Positions 45,419 to 55,879 of a stretch of 64,000 bases of DNA are shown in pieces. Where the stretch lies: the NCBI GenBank assembly GCA_047602145.1, contig JASGIA010000001.1, forward strand, positions 803,062-867,061, read 5' to 3'. The stretch's first letter is position 1, and every line of letters starts with the position of its first letter. Both the position numbers and the translations under genes were made by a program. This DNA is from Anaerolineales bacterium. GTDB taxonomy: Bacteria; Chloroflexota; Anaerolineae; Anaerolineales; Villigracilaceae. The notes under the pieces were generated by a model. The model worked only from the letters and a program-made list of their open reading frames with translations. It had not been told where the DNA came from and did not search any database.

Positions 45419-46444
45419 TTAGCTGTACGCCATCTGTTCCACTTCCACGCGCTGCTTCTTCAACTGTTTCTTTGCCAGTTTAGCAGCCAGCATGGTGGCT
45501 TGTCTCTTCTGTGCTGAGCGGGCGATCAACTTCAAGAATTTCTTGTGGTTGTAGACCGGGTCGTTCATCAGCGAAAAATCGGCGGAACCCGGTTCATCCG
45601 GTGCGTAGAAGATACCGCAGTTCGGGTTGATCTCGAGCATGTAGATGGTGCCGTCGGCAGCCATGCGGTAGTCACAGCGGGCGTAGCCGTTGCCGTCCAT
45701 GGCTTTGAAGAGACGGGTCGTCTGTTCGCGCAGGGTCTTCTCGATCTTCTTATCAGTGACCGCTGCCACAGACATCTTCTCGTATTCGACCCATTTCATG
45801 TCATAGTGCTTGAACGATTCACCATTGGGGAAGATGAATTCCACTGGCTTGAAGGTGATGGGATCATCTGCATCATCCGGATTTTCCGCGATGAGACAGG
45901 TGAACTCACGTCCTTCGATGAACTCTTCGAGCAGGGCGCGACCGAACAATTCAAGTTCTTTTGCCACCTGCACTTTGAGCTGCTCCACGTTCTCACAGCG
46001 TGAATCGCGAGTGATACCGACGCTGGCATATCCATGTGGCGGCTTGACCAGCACCGGGAAGCGAAGTCTCTTTGAAACACGCTCCACATCTTCGACGCGA
46101 TCCACCATCACCCAGCCTGGCGTGGGAACGTTTGCTTTCTTCGCATACGATTTCATTTCCTGGCGGGAAGGGTCGAAGAATTTTGAATCGGCACCGGTAA
46201 AAGCTGCGCCCATTTTTTCGAGCAGTTGTACAAGTCCGATCCCTGAGAGTGCATCGTCGGGCGTGCCGTCGCAGAGATTGAAGAACACATCCACACCTTC
46301 GTTCATCAACTCGCGAATTTGTTTTTCAACGTTCTTCGGGCTTACCGGATGATGTTTCCATTTGAGCCCGGTCATGTGTGGCGATGGATCGTACGGTTTG
46401 TCGTTGGGGTCGTCCGGCGTACTTGATAAAACACAGAGATACAT
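45419..46444 (-). CDS. ATP-grasp domain enzyme (D-alanine-D-alanine ligase-like)
   Basis: 341 aa; ATP-grasp core (…FPVLVKPPHGYASVGI… and …EEFIEGREFTCLI…YMLEINPNCG). Confidence 0.65.
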   Translation of the reverse strand: MYLCVLSSTPDDPNDKPYDPSPHMTGLKWKHHPVSPKNVEKQIRELMNEGVDVFFNLCDGTPDDALSGIGLVQLLEKMGAAFTGADSKFFDPSRQEMKSYAKKANVPTPGWVMVDRVEDVERVSKRLRFPVLVKPPHGYASVGITRDSRCENVEQLKVQVAKELELFGRALLEEFIEGREFTCLIAENPDDADDPITFKPVEFIFPNGESFKHYDMKWVEYEKMSVAAVTDKKIEKTLREQTTRLFKAMDGNGYARCDYRMAADGTIYMLEINPNCGIFYAPDEPGSADFSLMNDPVYNHKKFLKLIARSAQKRQATMLAAKLAKKQLKKQRVEVEQMAYS

Positions 46445-46937
46445 TGTCGAGTCCTTTTCCTTCTTTACAATCGATCAAGACGAATACATTGATGTTACTG
46501 ATTCTTGATCGCATCACATCATCATGATCGTTCTTGTTGATTTGATTCTGGCGTATGATTTAAAAAGATCTTTAAATCATACAATCATGATATATGATAT
46601 GTAGATTGTATCTATTATTCATTTTATGTAAAGGTTTTTTGATGATGATTAACTTTAAAATTTTGCAAATCGAATCATCATCAATTTAAATTTTTGATTC
46701 ATTGAATCGATGAATGCTTCATTGATGTGCCAATACGAATCTTTTTTGAATCATGTTTGATGTATGTTGTTAATGTTCACCATCATATACGAATGACTAT
46801 CATACTTGTTACGATGCATTGCGCTTGTAAATGTTGATCAACAACGTAATTTGTGTGTAACAAATTCTTAAACGACGTCTCCATTCAAGTCAATTATCAA
46901 TGCAAGACCGGAGTACAATTACCGCAAGAGGAACCTA
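46445..46937. other. ~490-bp AT-rich intergenic island with multiple palindromes and TGATT/ATCATCA repeats
   Basis: Composition is visibly about 30% GC against a 55-60% background. IR TTGATGATGATT-N22-AATCATCATCAA (46640..46686); near-palindrome GTATGATTTAAAAAGATCTTTAAATCATAC (46555..46584). Confidence 0.6.
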
Positions 46938-47974
46938 TGACACTCCATTCTGAAATCTTTGAACAACCCGAACGACTTGCTTCTCTGCTTGAGAATCAAA
47001 AACAAACCGTGATGGAGATCGCGAAAGCCATCCAATCACGTAATGTGAGCTATGCCTTTCTTGCTGCACGCGGAACATCCGATAACGCCGGACGCTACGC
47101 CAATTATCTGTGGGGCGCACGCAACCAGCTTCCGCTTGCGTTGGCAACTCCTTCCTTGTTCACGTACTACCAAAAGCCGCCGCGTTTGCAAAATGCGCTC
47201 GTCGTTGGCGTTTCGCAATCGGGACAATCACCCGATATTGTCAGTGTCGTGGAAGAGGGACGCAAACAGAACAACCTCACGGTCGCCATCACGAACGAGC
47301 CCGACTCTCCACTGGCGAAAGCCGCTGATTTCGTTCTCGATGTGCAGGCGGGGTCTGAAAAAGCCGTCGCTGCAACAAAAACGTATACGGCTGAGTTGAT
47401 GTCCATTGCCATGTTGTCCGCTGCGCTGAATAATTCAGATGAACAATGGAGCGAACTCGCATCCGTGCCGCGTTGGGCAGAACTCGCCCTTTCGCTCGAT
47501 GAAACCATTCAGCAGATGGCACAGCGTTATCGCTACATGGATCACTGCGTTGTGTTGGGACGTGGCTTCAACTACGCCACCGCATTCGAGTGGGCGCTCA
47601 AACTCAAAGAACTGACCTACATCATTGCCGAGCCCTATTCCTCCGCTGACTTCCAGCATGGACCGATCGCCATGGTCGAAGGTGGTTTCCCTGTCATGGC
47701 AGTTGTACCCAAGGGTAAGGTGCATGACTCGATGAAGGATATGTTGGCTCGTTTGCGCACGCAGCGCAACGCAGAACTCGTCGTGATTTCGGATGACAAG
47801 GATACGCTCGCTCTCGCGCAGTCGCCGATCAAACTTCCGCCTCAGATGCCCGAGTGGCTGACTCCGATCGTGAGCATCATCCCCGCTCAATTGTTTGCCT
47901 GTCACCTCACGCAGGTCAAAGGCTACGACACCGAATCCCCGCGCAATCTCACGAAAGTGACCGAAACGCACTGA
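46938..47974 (+). CDS. tandem SIS-domain sugar-phosphate isomerase/aminotransferase-like protein (AgaS/GlmS-C-like)
   Basis: Two SIS domains (…GVSQSGQSPDIV… and …VLGRGFNYATAFEWALKLKE…); start at MTLHS with an AGAGGA RBS. Confidence 0.7.
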
Positions 47975-48008
47975 TAAAAAAGAGGAGCCAACCGGCTCCT
48001 CTTTTTGT

Positions 48009-51000
48009 TTACTTCATCTTCAACCGCAACGTCATGATCTGATACGGTCTCAAATTTAGGATGACATCTCCGGACTCGATCTGCAATTGGGATTGATCCT
48101 CCTCGAGCAGATTCGTCTCCCACGCGGACTCGATCTCGGCTCCCCCTCTCACCTTGACCTGTCCCCGTTTTCGCTGGCTTTCATACAAGCGGACGATGAT
48201 CCCATTCCCATCTTCAGCTTGTTTCACAGTCTCAATAACAACATTCGCTGAGTCACAACTGACAAGTGAAACGTGATGCGTGACATCCGACCTTTGACTT
48301 TCAACCTTCGACCTGTAACTGATGATCGGGTCATTGAGAAGATATGCTTCGCGTTGAGTTTCTTCATCCCATGAACCCGTGTGCGGATACAAGCTGTACT
48401 TGAACTGATGCTCACCGAAATCTGCCATTGGGTCGGGCATGGTGGGGGAACGCAGTAGAGTGATGCGCATCACGTTGTCGTGAATGTCATGTCCGTACTT
48501 GCAGTCGTTGAGCAGGCTGACACCGTAATCTCCTTCGGAGAGGTCGACCCACTTTTGCGCGCAGGTCTCGAAGCGAGCCCAGTCCCAACTGGTGTTGCGA
48601 TGAGTGGGTCGCTGCACGTTGCCCCATTGAATTTCATACGTGGCTTGCGGAGCGAGAATATCCACCGGGAAAGCGACTTTGAGCATGGTGTGGCGTTCCA
48701 TCCACATAATGGAAGTGTCGAAGTCCAGCCTCGGGGAGTTGTGGTTGAGCGAGATACGCTGCGTATATTCGGAGTTCTGGATCTTGCGTTTGACCTCGAT
48801 TGTCTGCCTTAATGCCCCAAATTCGACGATTTTGACCGATTCTGCGGGCTCTGCCAGCCACATTTTGTCATCGTAGAAGATGTCCACATCCCATGCATCC
48901 CACGATTTCGGGCGGTCTTCGAAGGCTTGGAGTTGGTTGGCGATGGTATTGGGAGAGAGAATTTCGCGCTTGGCTTTTTTATCGAAGATGCGGGTGATGT
49001 CGCCGGCGGGGTTGAATTCGACGCGGATGTAGTCGTTTTCGAGAATTGGGTGCGAAGTTTCAGGTTTCACGTTCCATGTTTCAGATGACGACTGATCACT
49101 TGTCACTGATAACTTGTCTTCTTTCCTGAGCCCAATGACACTATAGGGCGCGAGTTCACCGGCATCCACCCACAGACCCGAGTCCGCTGGTTGAACGGGA
49201 ACAGAGTGCCCTTCGAGAGAGAAGCGCTGCAATGAGTTGCCGGGGATGAAGACCAAGCCTCGTTGCGCGAATGAAGTTGGGTTGACGAGGATCAAATCCC
49301 CATCCAATGTTTCTGAGATGGCTTGCAGGGCTTCATCGCGAAGTTGAGTCACATCGGTGGCGAGTTGCGCGTATTGTTCCTGCGACTCTTCGTAGACGGG
49401 TCCGATGCTGGAGCCGGGTATGATGTCGTGGAATTGGTGGAGGCAGATGGTTTGCCAAGCGGCTTGGTAATTGGTAAGTGGATATTGGTAATTGGTGAGG
49501 AGCGCGGCGTAGGCGGAAATGAACTCGGCATCGTGCAGTAAAAATTCTGATTTGCGATTGGCGCGTTTGTTGCGGGCTTGTGTGGTGTAGGTGCCGCGGT
49601 GATATTCGAGATAGAGTTCGCCGTTCCAGACGGGCATCATCTTTGAATCGGTGAGCGGCTCGATGCACTCGAAGAATTGCTTGACACTCGACTGCTTGAC
49701 CTGTGGCAGCGCGGGGAAGTTTTTCATCGCTTCGATGTTCTCGAGCATCTCGCGCGTGGGACCTCCACCGCCATCGCCGAAGCCGTATGCCATGAGCATA
49801 TTTTTGTGCAGTTCTTTCTGCTGGAAGTTCTGCCACGTGCCGAGCGCCTCTTTGGCATTCGCCATCGAGTTGTAGGTGCTGGCGTATTCACTGCCGAACT
49901 CTTTGACGGTGCTGAAGTGCGTGAGGATCTGCGTGCCGTTCAACTCCCTGCCACATGAAAGTATCATAGGGCAGGCGGTTGTATTGACTCCAACCGATCT
50001 TGATGGTCATGAAATATTTGAGACCAGCTTGTTTGATGAGTTGCGGAAGCGCCCATGCATAGCCGAAGACATCCGGCAGCCACAACACGGGACTATCTGC
50101 ATCCTTGCCGAAGTGTTCGCGGAAGAAGGAGCGACCAAGCAGGAATTGACGTGCGAGCGATTCGGCGCCGCTGAGATTGCAATCTGCTTCGACCCACATC
50201 CCGCCCATCGGTTCCCAGCGTCCGTCTTTGACGCGCTGTTTGATATCTTCGAAGAGCTGCGGTTGATCTTCTTTGACGAATTGATAGACCTGCGGCTGCG
50301 ATTGCGAGAAGTGATACTCAGGGAACTGTTCCATCAGGCGGATGACACTGTGGAAGGTGCGTTCGGATTTGCGGCGGGTCTGACCGAGTGTCCATAACCA
50401 TGCTACATCAATGTGAGCGTGTCCTGAGGCGTGGATGGTGGCATCCAGCGGCGCACCGGCTTTGGCAAGACCAGCTTGCAGTGCTTGCATAGCGGGTTCA
50501 ACACTGGCATAAAAACGTTCATCGCCGATGGGGTCGCGCGTGTCGAGAACGCTGAAAGCATCGTTGAGTGCGTTGTAGATGTGATGCTTGGCGGGGTTGT
50601 TGTCGTCTATATTGCTGGTGGTTTCGAGTGCGATGCGTGCCAACACGACAAAATCGCGCGTTGGTTGATGAAGCTGTACGAGCGCGCAGGGTTTCATGTA
50701 TAGTTTGGTGAAGGCATCGCCGTTCGCAAATCCGCCGAGACCTGTCCAGCCGTGAAGAGCGAGCGTGTGTTCCTTACCGTCGAGCCATGCGGGCTTGAGC
50801 AAGAATTCTTGATGATGACGATCGCATGTTGCGTAGGGTAGACCATCAATGTAGGCGAGACATTCCGGATGAGAGAAGTCACCTGCATCACCGAGTGGAA
50901 GATATAACGCGATAGGCTGCGTTGCATCCATGTATTCAGGGAATGTGAATGTCGTTCTCAATACGAAGTCTTGCATCCACGAGCCCCAGTATTCATTGGA

Positions 51001-51180
51001 TTCAATTTCTTTCCATGATGAATCATCAATGCCCACTTCAATAGGTGGATGTGTTACTGCGTTCGCCAGTTCTTTGTATCGAAACGAAGGTAATGCTTTG
51101 CGTTTAATGTAGACCAGCGGTGAGATGAGGTCGATACGTTGTTTGATCTTGTCTGGTGTCCAGCGTTGACGATGGTACAT
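48009..51180 (-). CDS. GH38 alpha-mannosidase, split into two ORFs by a frameshift near 49930-49950
   Basis: N-terminal ORF (49888..51180) has the GH38 catalytic domain (…DVFGYAWALPQ…); the C-terminal ORF (48009..49967) continues with the central and C-terminal beta domains in another frame. Confidence 0.75.
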
Positions 51181-51260
51181 AATTGTTCCTTTTGTTGTGG
51201 ATTACTTCAATAGTAGTTGCGCTTCGTCTTCGCCTACGGCTCCGCTCAGCGCGAGAGAAT

Positions 51261-51812
51261 CTATTTCACTCTCTTTGACATGATGATATCGGGCTTGCCG
51301 CGTCCATTGGCATCAGGGACGACGCCGGTGATGACATATCCTAGCTTTTGATAGAACTCGAAGGGATGCCCTTTGAAGTTGCGGATGTTCTTGATCTGAT
51401 CCCAGAGATTTTCGTAGAGATCGACATTCGATAAGGATGTCATGTTGTCTTCATCATCGGAACCGAGCGTGATGGTCAGTCCGCCGCGGGCACGGACTTG
51501 TTCTTCGAAGTCTGCGACCAGTGCGCGACCGATGCCTTGTCCCTGCATGGATGGCTGCACTGCCAGCGGATGTAATTCCCAGACGTGACCGTCATAGCCG
51601 GGGATGCCGCCGATAATGCCGAGCAGGTTTCCGTTTTCATCGAGCGCCACGCGGCAGATGCGTTCTGCTTCGAGCATTTCGTGGAGTTCTTCCATGCCGG
51701 CATCGAACGTTGTCCACGCGTCAGCCCAGTGTTCGCGGAAGGCGTCTACGAGGAGTTGTGAGGCTTGTTGAATAATTGGTTGGTTATCAGGTAAGAGGGT
51801 AATGATTTTCAT
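51261..51812 (-). CDS. GNAT-family acetyltransferase (AAC(6')-like)
   Basis: QGQGIGRALV acetyl-CoA motif; 183 aa. Confidence 0.75.
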   Translation of the reverse strand: MKIITLLPDNQPIIQQASQLLVDAFREHWADAWTTFDAGMEELHEMLEAERICRVALDENGNLLGIIGGIPGYDGHVWELHPLAVQPSMQGQGIGRALVADFEEQVRARGGLTITLGSDDEDNMTSLSNVDLYENLWDQIKNIRNFKGHPFEFYQKLGYVITGVVPDANGRGKPDIIMSKRVK

Positions 51813-51821
51813 TTACGATTT

Positions 51822-51899
51822 TGAAAATGTCACCCTGAGCGGTAGCGAAGGGTCTCGATTGAGTCAGTAGAGATTCTTCGCTTCGCTCAGAATGACATG
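51822..51899. repeat. MITE-like element copy A with about 25-bp terminal inverted repeats (GTCATTCTGAGCGAAGCGAAGAATC … GGGTCTC…CTTCGCTACCGCTCAGGGTGAC)
   Basis: Seen directly. It shares termini with the element at 53309..53399, and the two bracket the GH4 gene. Confidence 0.65.
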
Positions 51900-51903
51900 C
51901 AGA

Positions 51904-53295
51904 TTACTGCCAATATTGTGGCAGATATTCTTTGAAGCTGGTCAGGTAATCGTCGAGAATCTTTCGGGCGGTGTCGATATCCGTGATGACGGGGTCAAGC
52001 AGCAGGCATTGCAGCGCTTTTTCACGTGAACCTTCCACGGCAGAGTCGACGCAGAGTTGGGCGGCGGTGGTTTCGCGCTGAAGCAGGGCAGCGATGGGTG
52101 TGGGCATGGCTCCCATGTGGACGGGTTGGATGCCTGCGCCGTTGACGAGGACGGGAGTCTCGACCGTGCATGTGAGCGGCAGGTTGGAGATTTGTCCGAC
52201 GTTGGGAAGATTGGCGGCGAGATGATAATGGGTTGTAGCGCAGACTTGATTCTCGATCATTTCGAGTGCACCCTCAGAGTCAGTTTCCATCAAGTGTTCA
52301 ATGGTCTGGTTGCCGAGCGCCATCTCGTTGAGACGATCCAATTCGAAGTCGCGGACGGCTGCCATCATGTCCCAGTCGTAGAGGCGGATGTTGTATTTGT
52401 CCCACGGTTTGGTTTGCGCGTCAGCGACCCACGGCAGGTACTCGCAGAGATGTGTGTCGCCGGGGATGGGGAATAATTCGAAGGCGGAGAAAACGTCCCT
52501 CGTCAGCGGTTCAAAGCTCGGGTCCAGTTCGAAGAAGCGCTTTCTAAATAACGGATACAAGTCCTCGCCGGTGCGGCGGTCATGGATGGAGAGCATCCAC
52601 GAGAAGTGATTCAATCCAGCGGCGCGGATGTCCACGAGCGGGACGATCTGTTCGCGTACGCGATGTTGAAACGGATGCTGGTCAACGGCGGCGTGCATGC
52701 CGGTGAGCCCATCAGGGACTTCGATGCCGAGATCTTTTGCCAGTGCGACGCCGACCATGGTATAGCCTGCATATATCTGATGACATAGACCGACCGCTTT
52801 GATCTTGCTGTGACGGTTGACCGCGTCGCAGATGCGCACCATCGGGTTGGTGAAGTTGACGAACCACGCATCGGGACACGCCTGTTCCATATCGTGCGCG
52901 ATCTGCATGATCGGTGCGATGTTGCGCGCGGCGTGAGCGAAGCCGCCGGGACCTCCGTTTTCGGCATAAGGTTGTCGGACGCCGTATTTGATTGGGATCT
53001 CGAAATCCTGCTGCCAGAGATTTTCGCGCGCGCCGACTTCGATGGCGTTGACGACGAACTGACTGCCGGGAAGCGCATTCTGATGACTGATGTGAGCGGT
53101 GATCGTGAATTCCGCGTCCCACTCACGATTGAGCCTGTTCGCCAGCCGTTGGACGATATCCAGCGTTTGGGGATTCCGGTCAACCAGTGCGAGCGTGGAG
53201 CCTTTCAACTTTTTCGAACGTACGAGGGCGGAGAGGGTGTTCTCGCCGAAAGAGGCAGAGCCTGCGCCGATAACTGTGATCTTGGTGGGGGGCAT
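51904..53295 (-). CDS. glycoside hydrolase family 4 (NAD+/Mn2+-dependent alpha-glucosidase / 6-phospho-glycosidase-like)
   Basis: N-terminal KITVIGAGSASFG Rossmann motif, catalytic CHQIY-type Cys/His region, 463 aa. Confidence 0.8.
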   Translation of the reverse strand: MPPTKITVIGAGSASFGENTLSALVRSKKLKGSTLALVDRNPQTLDIVQRLANRLNREWDAEFTITAHISHQNALPGSQFVVNAIEVGARENLWQQDFEIPIKYGVRQPYAENGGPGGFAHAARNIAPIMQIAHDMEQACPDAWFVNFTNPMVRICDAVNRHSKIKAVGLCHQIYAGYTMVGVALAKDLGIEVPDGLTGMHAAVDQHPFQHRVREQIVPLVDIRAAGLNHFSWMLSIHDRRTGEDLYPLFRKRFFELDPSFEPLTRDVFSAFELFPIPGDTHLCEYLPWVADAQTKPWDKYNIRLYDWDMMAAVRDFELDRLNEMALGNQTIEHLMETDSEGALEMIENQVCATTHYHLAANLPNVGQISNLPLTCTVETPVLVNGAGIQPVHMGAMPTPIAALLQRETTAAQLCVDSAVEGSREKALQCLLLDPVITDIDTARKILDDYLTSFKEYLPQYWQ

Positions 53296-53308
53296 GAGAG
53301 TTCTCCAA

Positions 53309-53399
53309 TGGTTGTCATTCTGAGCGGAGCGAAGAATCCCTCCTCAGACGTGGAGTCTTCCTTGCAAAGGAAGAGATCCTTCGCTAGCGCTCAGGATGA
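53309..53399. repeat. MITE-like element copy B (GTCATTCTGAGCGGAGCGAAGAATC-41 nt-GATCCTTCGCTAGCGCTCAGGATGAC)
   Basis: 25-bp terminal inverted repeats; same family as 51822..51899. Confidence 0.65.
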
Positions 53400-53482
53400 C
53401 ACGGTAAAGGTAGTTTAAAAACAAAGTGACGCGGAGATTATAAATCAACCGCGTCACTGTTCATTATTCACTCATCACTGTT

Positions 53483-54250
53483 TTATTCGTTGATCGTCAC
53501 TTCCGTGCTCATGCCCCAGAGTAGACCTTCGGGCTGTTCGTCAAGGGCGATAGTGATTTTGAATACCACGTCGCCGCCGATGGTGTTCCAGATAGGCGAG
53601 ATGGCGACCACTTTGCCAGTGATCTCTTTGTCGAGCGGTTCCACGCGGACGGTGGCGGTCTGTCCAATTTTGACTTTGGTCACATCGCGTTCGCTCAGGT
53701 CTTTGGTCTCAACCTGCAATTGATCGAGCGTAGCGATGGTGACGACAACCTGCGCCACGTCCACGCTTTCGCCGGGTTTGACATCCACCGAGATGACGGT
53801 GGCGTCCATGGGGGAGAGCAGGGTTGCTTGCGCCAGTTTTAATTTGGCGATCTCGATCTGCGCGTCCGATTGGTCGAGACGGGCTTTGGCAAAGATGCGG
53901 TCTTCAGGCAATTGGAAGCGGCGCGGTTGCAGTTGGTATTCCCATTGGGCGAAGGTTACTTCGCGGTTGGCGGTGGCAAGCTGCACGGCGGCATCCAACT
54001 CAGTTGAGTCAAGTGTGACGAGTGTTTGCCCGGCAGTGACCTTGTCACCTTTGTTGACCAACACTTCCTTGACGCGACCGGAGATGGTGAAGCTCAGTTC
54101 TGTGATCTGCGCCGGCGCCACGTTGCCAGAGGCGATGATCGTTCCAGATTGGAGTCCGCTTTTGACAACGGAAGCAGAGACTGGCTGGGCAAGAAGCGAG
54201 AAGCTAAGGACGAGTAACGCAGCGAGTGCGATCCAGCGTGTGCGGTTCAT
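53483..54250 (-). CDS. HlyD-family periplasmic adaptor (membrane fusion protein), paralog 2
   Basis: Signal-anchor, biotinyl-lipoyl-like and beta-barrel segments; about 45% identical in pattern to the upstream paralog. Confidence 0.75.
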   Translation of the reverse strand: MNRTRWIALAALLVLSFSLLAQPVSASVVKSGLQSGTIIASGNVAPAQITELSFTISGRVKEVLVNKGDKVTAGQTLVTLDSTELDAAVQLATANREVTFAQWEYQLQPRRFQLPEDRIFAKARLDQSDAQIEIAKLKLAQATLLSPMDATVISVDVKPGESVDVAQVVVTIATLDQLQVETKDLSERDVTKVKIGQTATVRVEPLDKEITGKVVAISPIWNTIGGDVVFKITIALDEQPEGLLWGMSTEVTINE

Positions 54251-54254
54251 CGTC

Positions 54255-55022
54255 CTACTCCTTAGATTTCACGTCGGCGCTCATGCCCCAGCGTAAGCCT
54301 TCGGGTTGTTCGTCCAGTTCGATGGTGACCTTGAAGACAATGTCGCCGCCGACGGTTTCGGATTGCTGCGCGATCTCGACCACTTTGCCGGTGAATTTCT
54401 GATCGAGCGCTTCAATGAACACGGTGGCGGTCTGACCGACTTTCACCTTCGGAATATCCACTTCGCTGAGGTCAGTGGTTTCGATGCGGAAGGTTTTTAA
54501 ATCGGCGATGGTGATGACGGCGCGTCCGGGGGTGACGGTTTCACCGACGCTCACGTCCACGGCGGTGACGGTGCCGCCCACGGGTGCCACCAGCGTGGAG
54601 TTGGCAAGCTGGGCTTTGACCGAGTCAAGGCGGGCTTGAGCGCTATCCACGTTGGCTTTGGCGATCGAGCGATCGCGTTCGGTGGCAACGTTGCGGGTTA
54701 ATTTGTCGAGCGTGGATTGCAGAGCCTGCACGTTGAATTCGGCTTCCTTGATCTGCGCTTCGATGATGGCAGTGTCGAGCTGAACGAGCGTCTGCCCGGC
54801 AGTGACTTCATCCCCGACCTTGACGTTCACTGCGGTGGCGCGTCCGACGGTGGTAAATGCCAGTTCAACGTAATCGACCGGCACCACAATGGCGGAGGCG
54901 TTCACACCTGATTTGACAACCGGGGTGGGCGTTGCCACGGCGGGGGTAGGGGTTGCCTTGGGCGCGCAGGCGGAAATGCCAATGGCTAGAATGCTGACTA
55001 CAATCCAGAGGTACTTTTTCAT
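54255..55022 (-). CDS. HlyD-family periplasmic adaptor (membrane fusion protein), paralog 1
   Basis: Lipoprotein-like N-terminus (ISACAPK), coiled-coil hairpin, C-terminal beta-barrel. Confidence 0.75.
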   Translation of the reverse strand: MKKYLWIVVSILAIGISACAPKATPTPAVATPTPVVKSGVNASAIVVPVDYVELAFTTVGRATAVNVKVGDEVTAGQTLVQLDTAIIEAQIKEAEFNVQALQSTLDKLTRNVATERDRSIAKANVDSAQARLDSVKAQLANSTLVAPVGGTVTAVDVSVGETVTPGRAVITIADLKTFRIETTDLSEVDIPKVKVGQTATVFIEALDQKFTGKVVEIAQQSETVGGDIVFKVTIELDEQPEGLRWGMSADVKSKE

Positions 55023-55109
55023 TGCTTTTACTTCTCCACGATGTACAAGTTTCTACAAATATTATAACGGCTTGTACATATTTTGCAAAGGTTATTTCTA
55101 TATTTTGCC

Positions 55110-55799
55110 TTATGCAGATTTTGCCGAGTCTTTCACGATTAGACCGTCTTGCAGGGTGACGATGCGGGTGGCATAGCCGATCACGCGCGGATCATGCGTG
55201 GCGAACACAAAGGTGACGCCGGTCTCTTTGTTGAGCTTCTTCATGATCTCCATGACCTGTTGACCGTTGGTGGTGTCGAGGTTGGCGGTCGGCTCGTCAG
55301 CTAGGATCAGCTTGGGATTCGGAGCCAGCGCTCGGGCGACAGCGACGCGCTGTTGTTGTCCGCCGGAGAGTTGATCGGGGCGGTTATTGGCGCGGTCGGC
55401 GAGGTCGACAGCCTTGAGCAATTCCATGACGCGCTCTTTGCGCTCTTTGGGAGTGTGTCCGTTAAGCAGGAGCGGCATCTCCACATTTTCATAAGCGGTG
55501 AGCGTGGGGATCAAGGCAAAGAACTGAAAGATGAACCCGATCGTTCCGCGGCGCATGTCGGCGCGCTGGTTGCGATTGAGGGAGGTGACTTCCTTGTTGT
55601 TGATGAAGACCTTGCCCGTGCTGGGCTGATCGAGACAACCGATCATCTGCAAAAGGGTGGTCTTGCCGGAACCGGAAGGTCCGACGAGTGCGGTAAATTC
55701 TCCGCTTTCGATGGAAAGATTGACGCCGCGCAACGCCTGCGTTTCGACTTTTCCGATCTGATATGAACGAGTGACGTTTTCGATTTTTACGACTTCCAT
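55110..55799 (-). CDS. ABC transporter ATP-binding protein, MacB/LolD-type
   Basis: Walker [10 protein letters not shown], signature [15 protein letters not shown], Walker B ILADEPT. Confidence 0.9.
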   Translation of the reverse strand: MEVVKIENVTRSYQIGKVETQALRGVNLSIESGEFTALVGPSGSGKTTLLQMIGCLDQPSTGKVFINNKEVTSLNRNQRADMRRGTIGFIFQFFALIPTLTAYENVEMPLLLNGHTPKERKERVMELLKAVDLADRANNRPDQLSGGQQQRVAVARALAPNPKLILADEPTANLDTTNGQQVMEIMKKLNKETGVTFVFATHDPRVIGYATRIVTLQDGLIVKDSAKSA

Positions 55800-55879
55800 G
55801 TTATTACTCCTGACCTATCCCCCCGCCCCCTGCCCTTAAGGGAAGGGGGTGTCCGAAGGACGGGGGGTAGGTCCATTAT

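Noticed and set aside
46445-46937. AT-rich island as a chromosomal origin of replication
   Set aside because: No TTATCCACA-type DnaA boxes were seen, and no dnaA/dnaN are adjacent. It is kept as a regulatory or foreign-DNA candidate instead.
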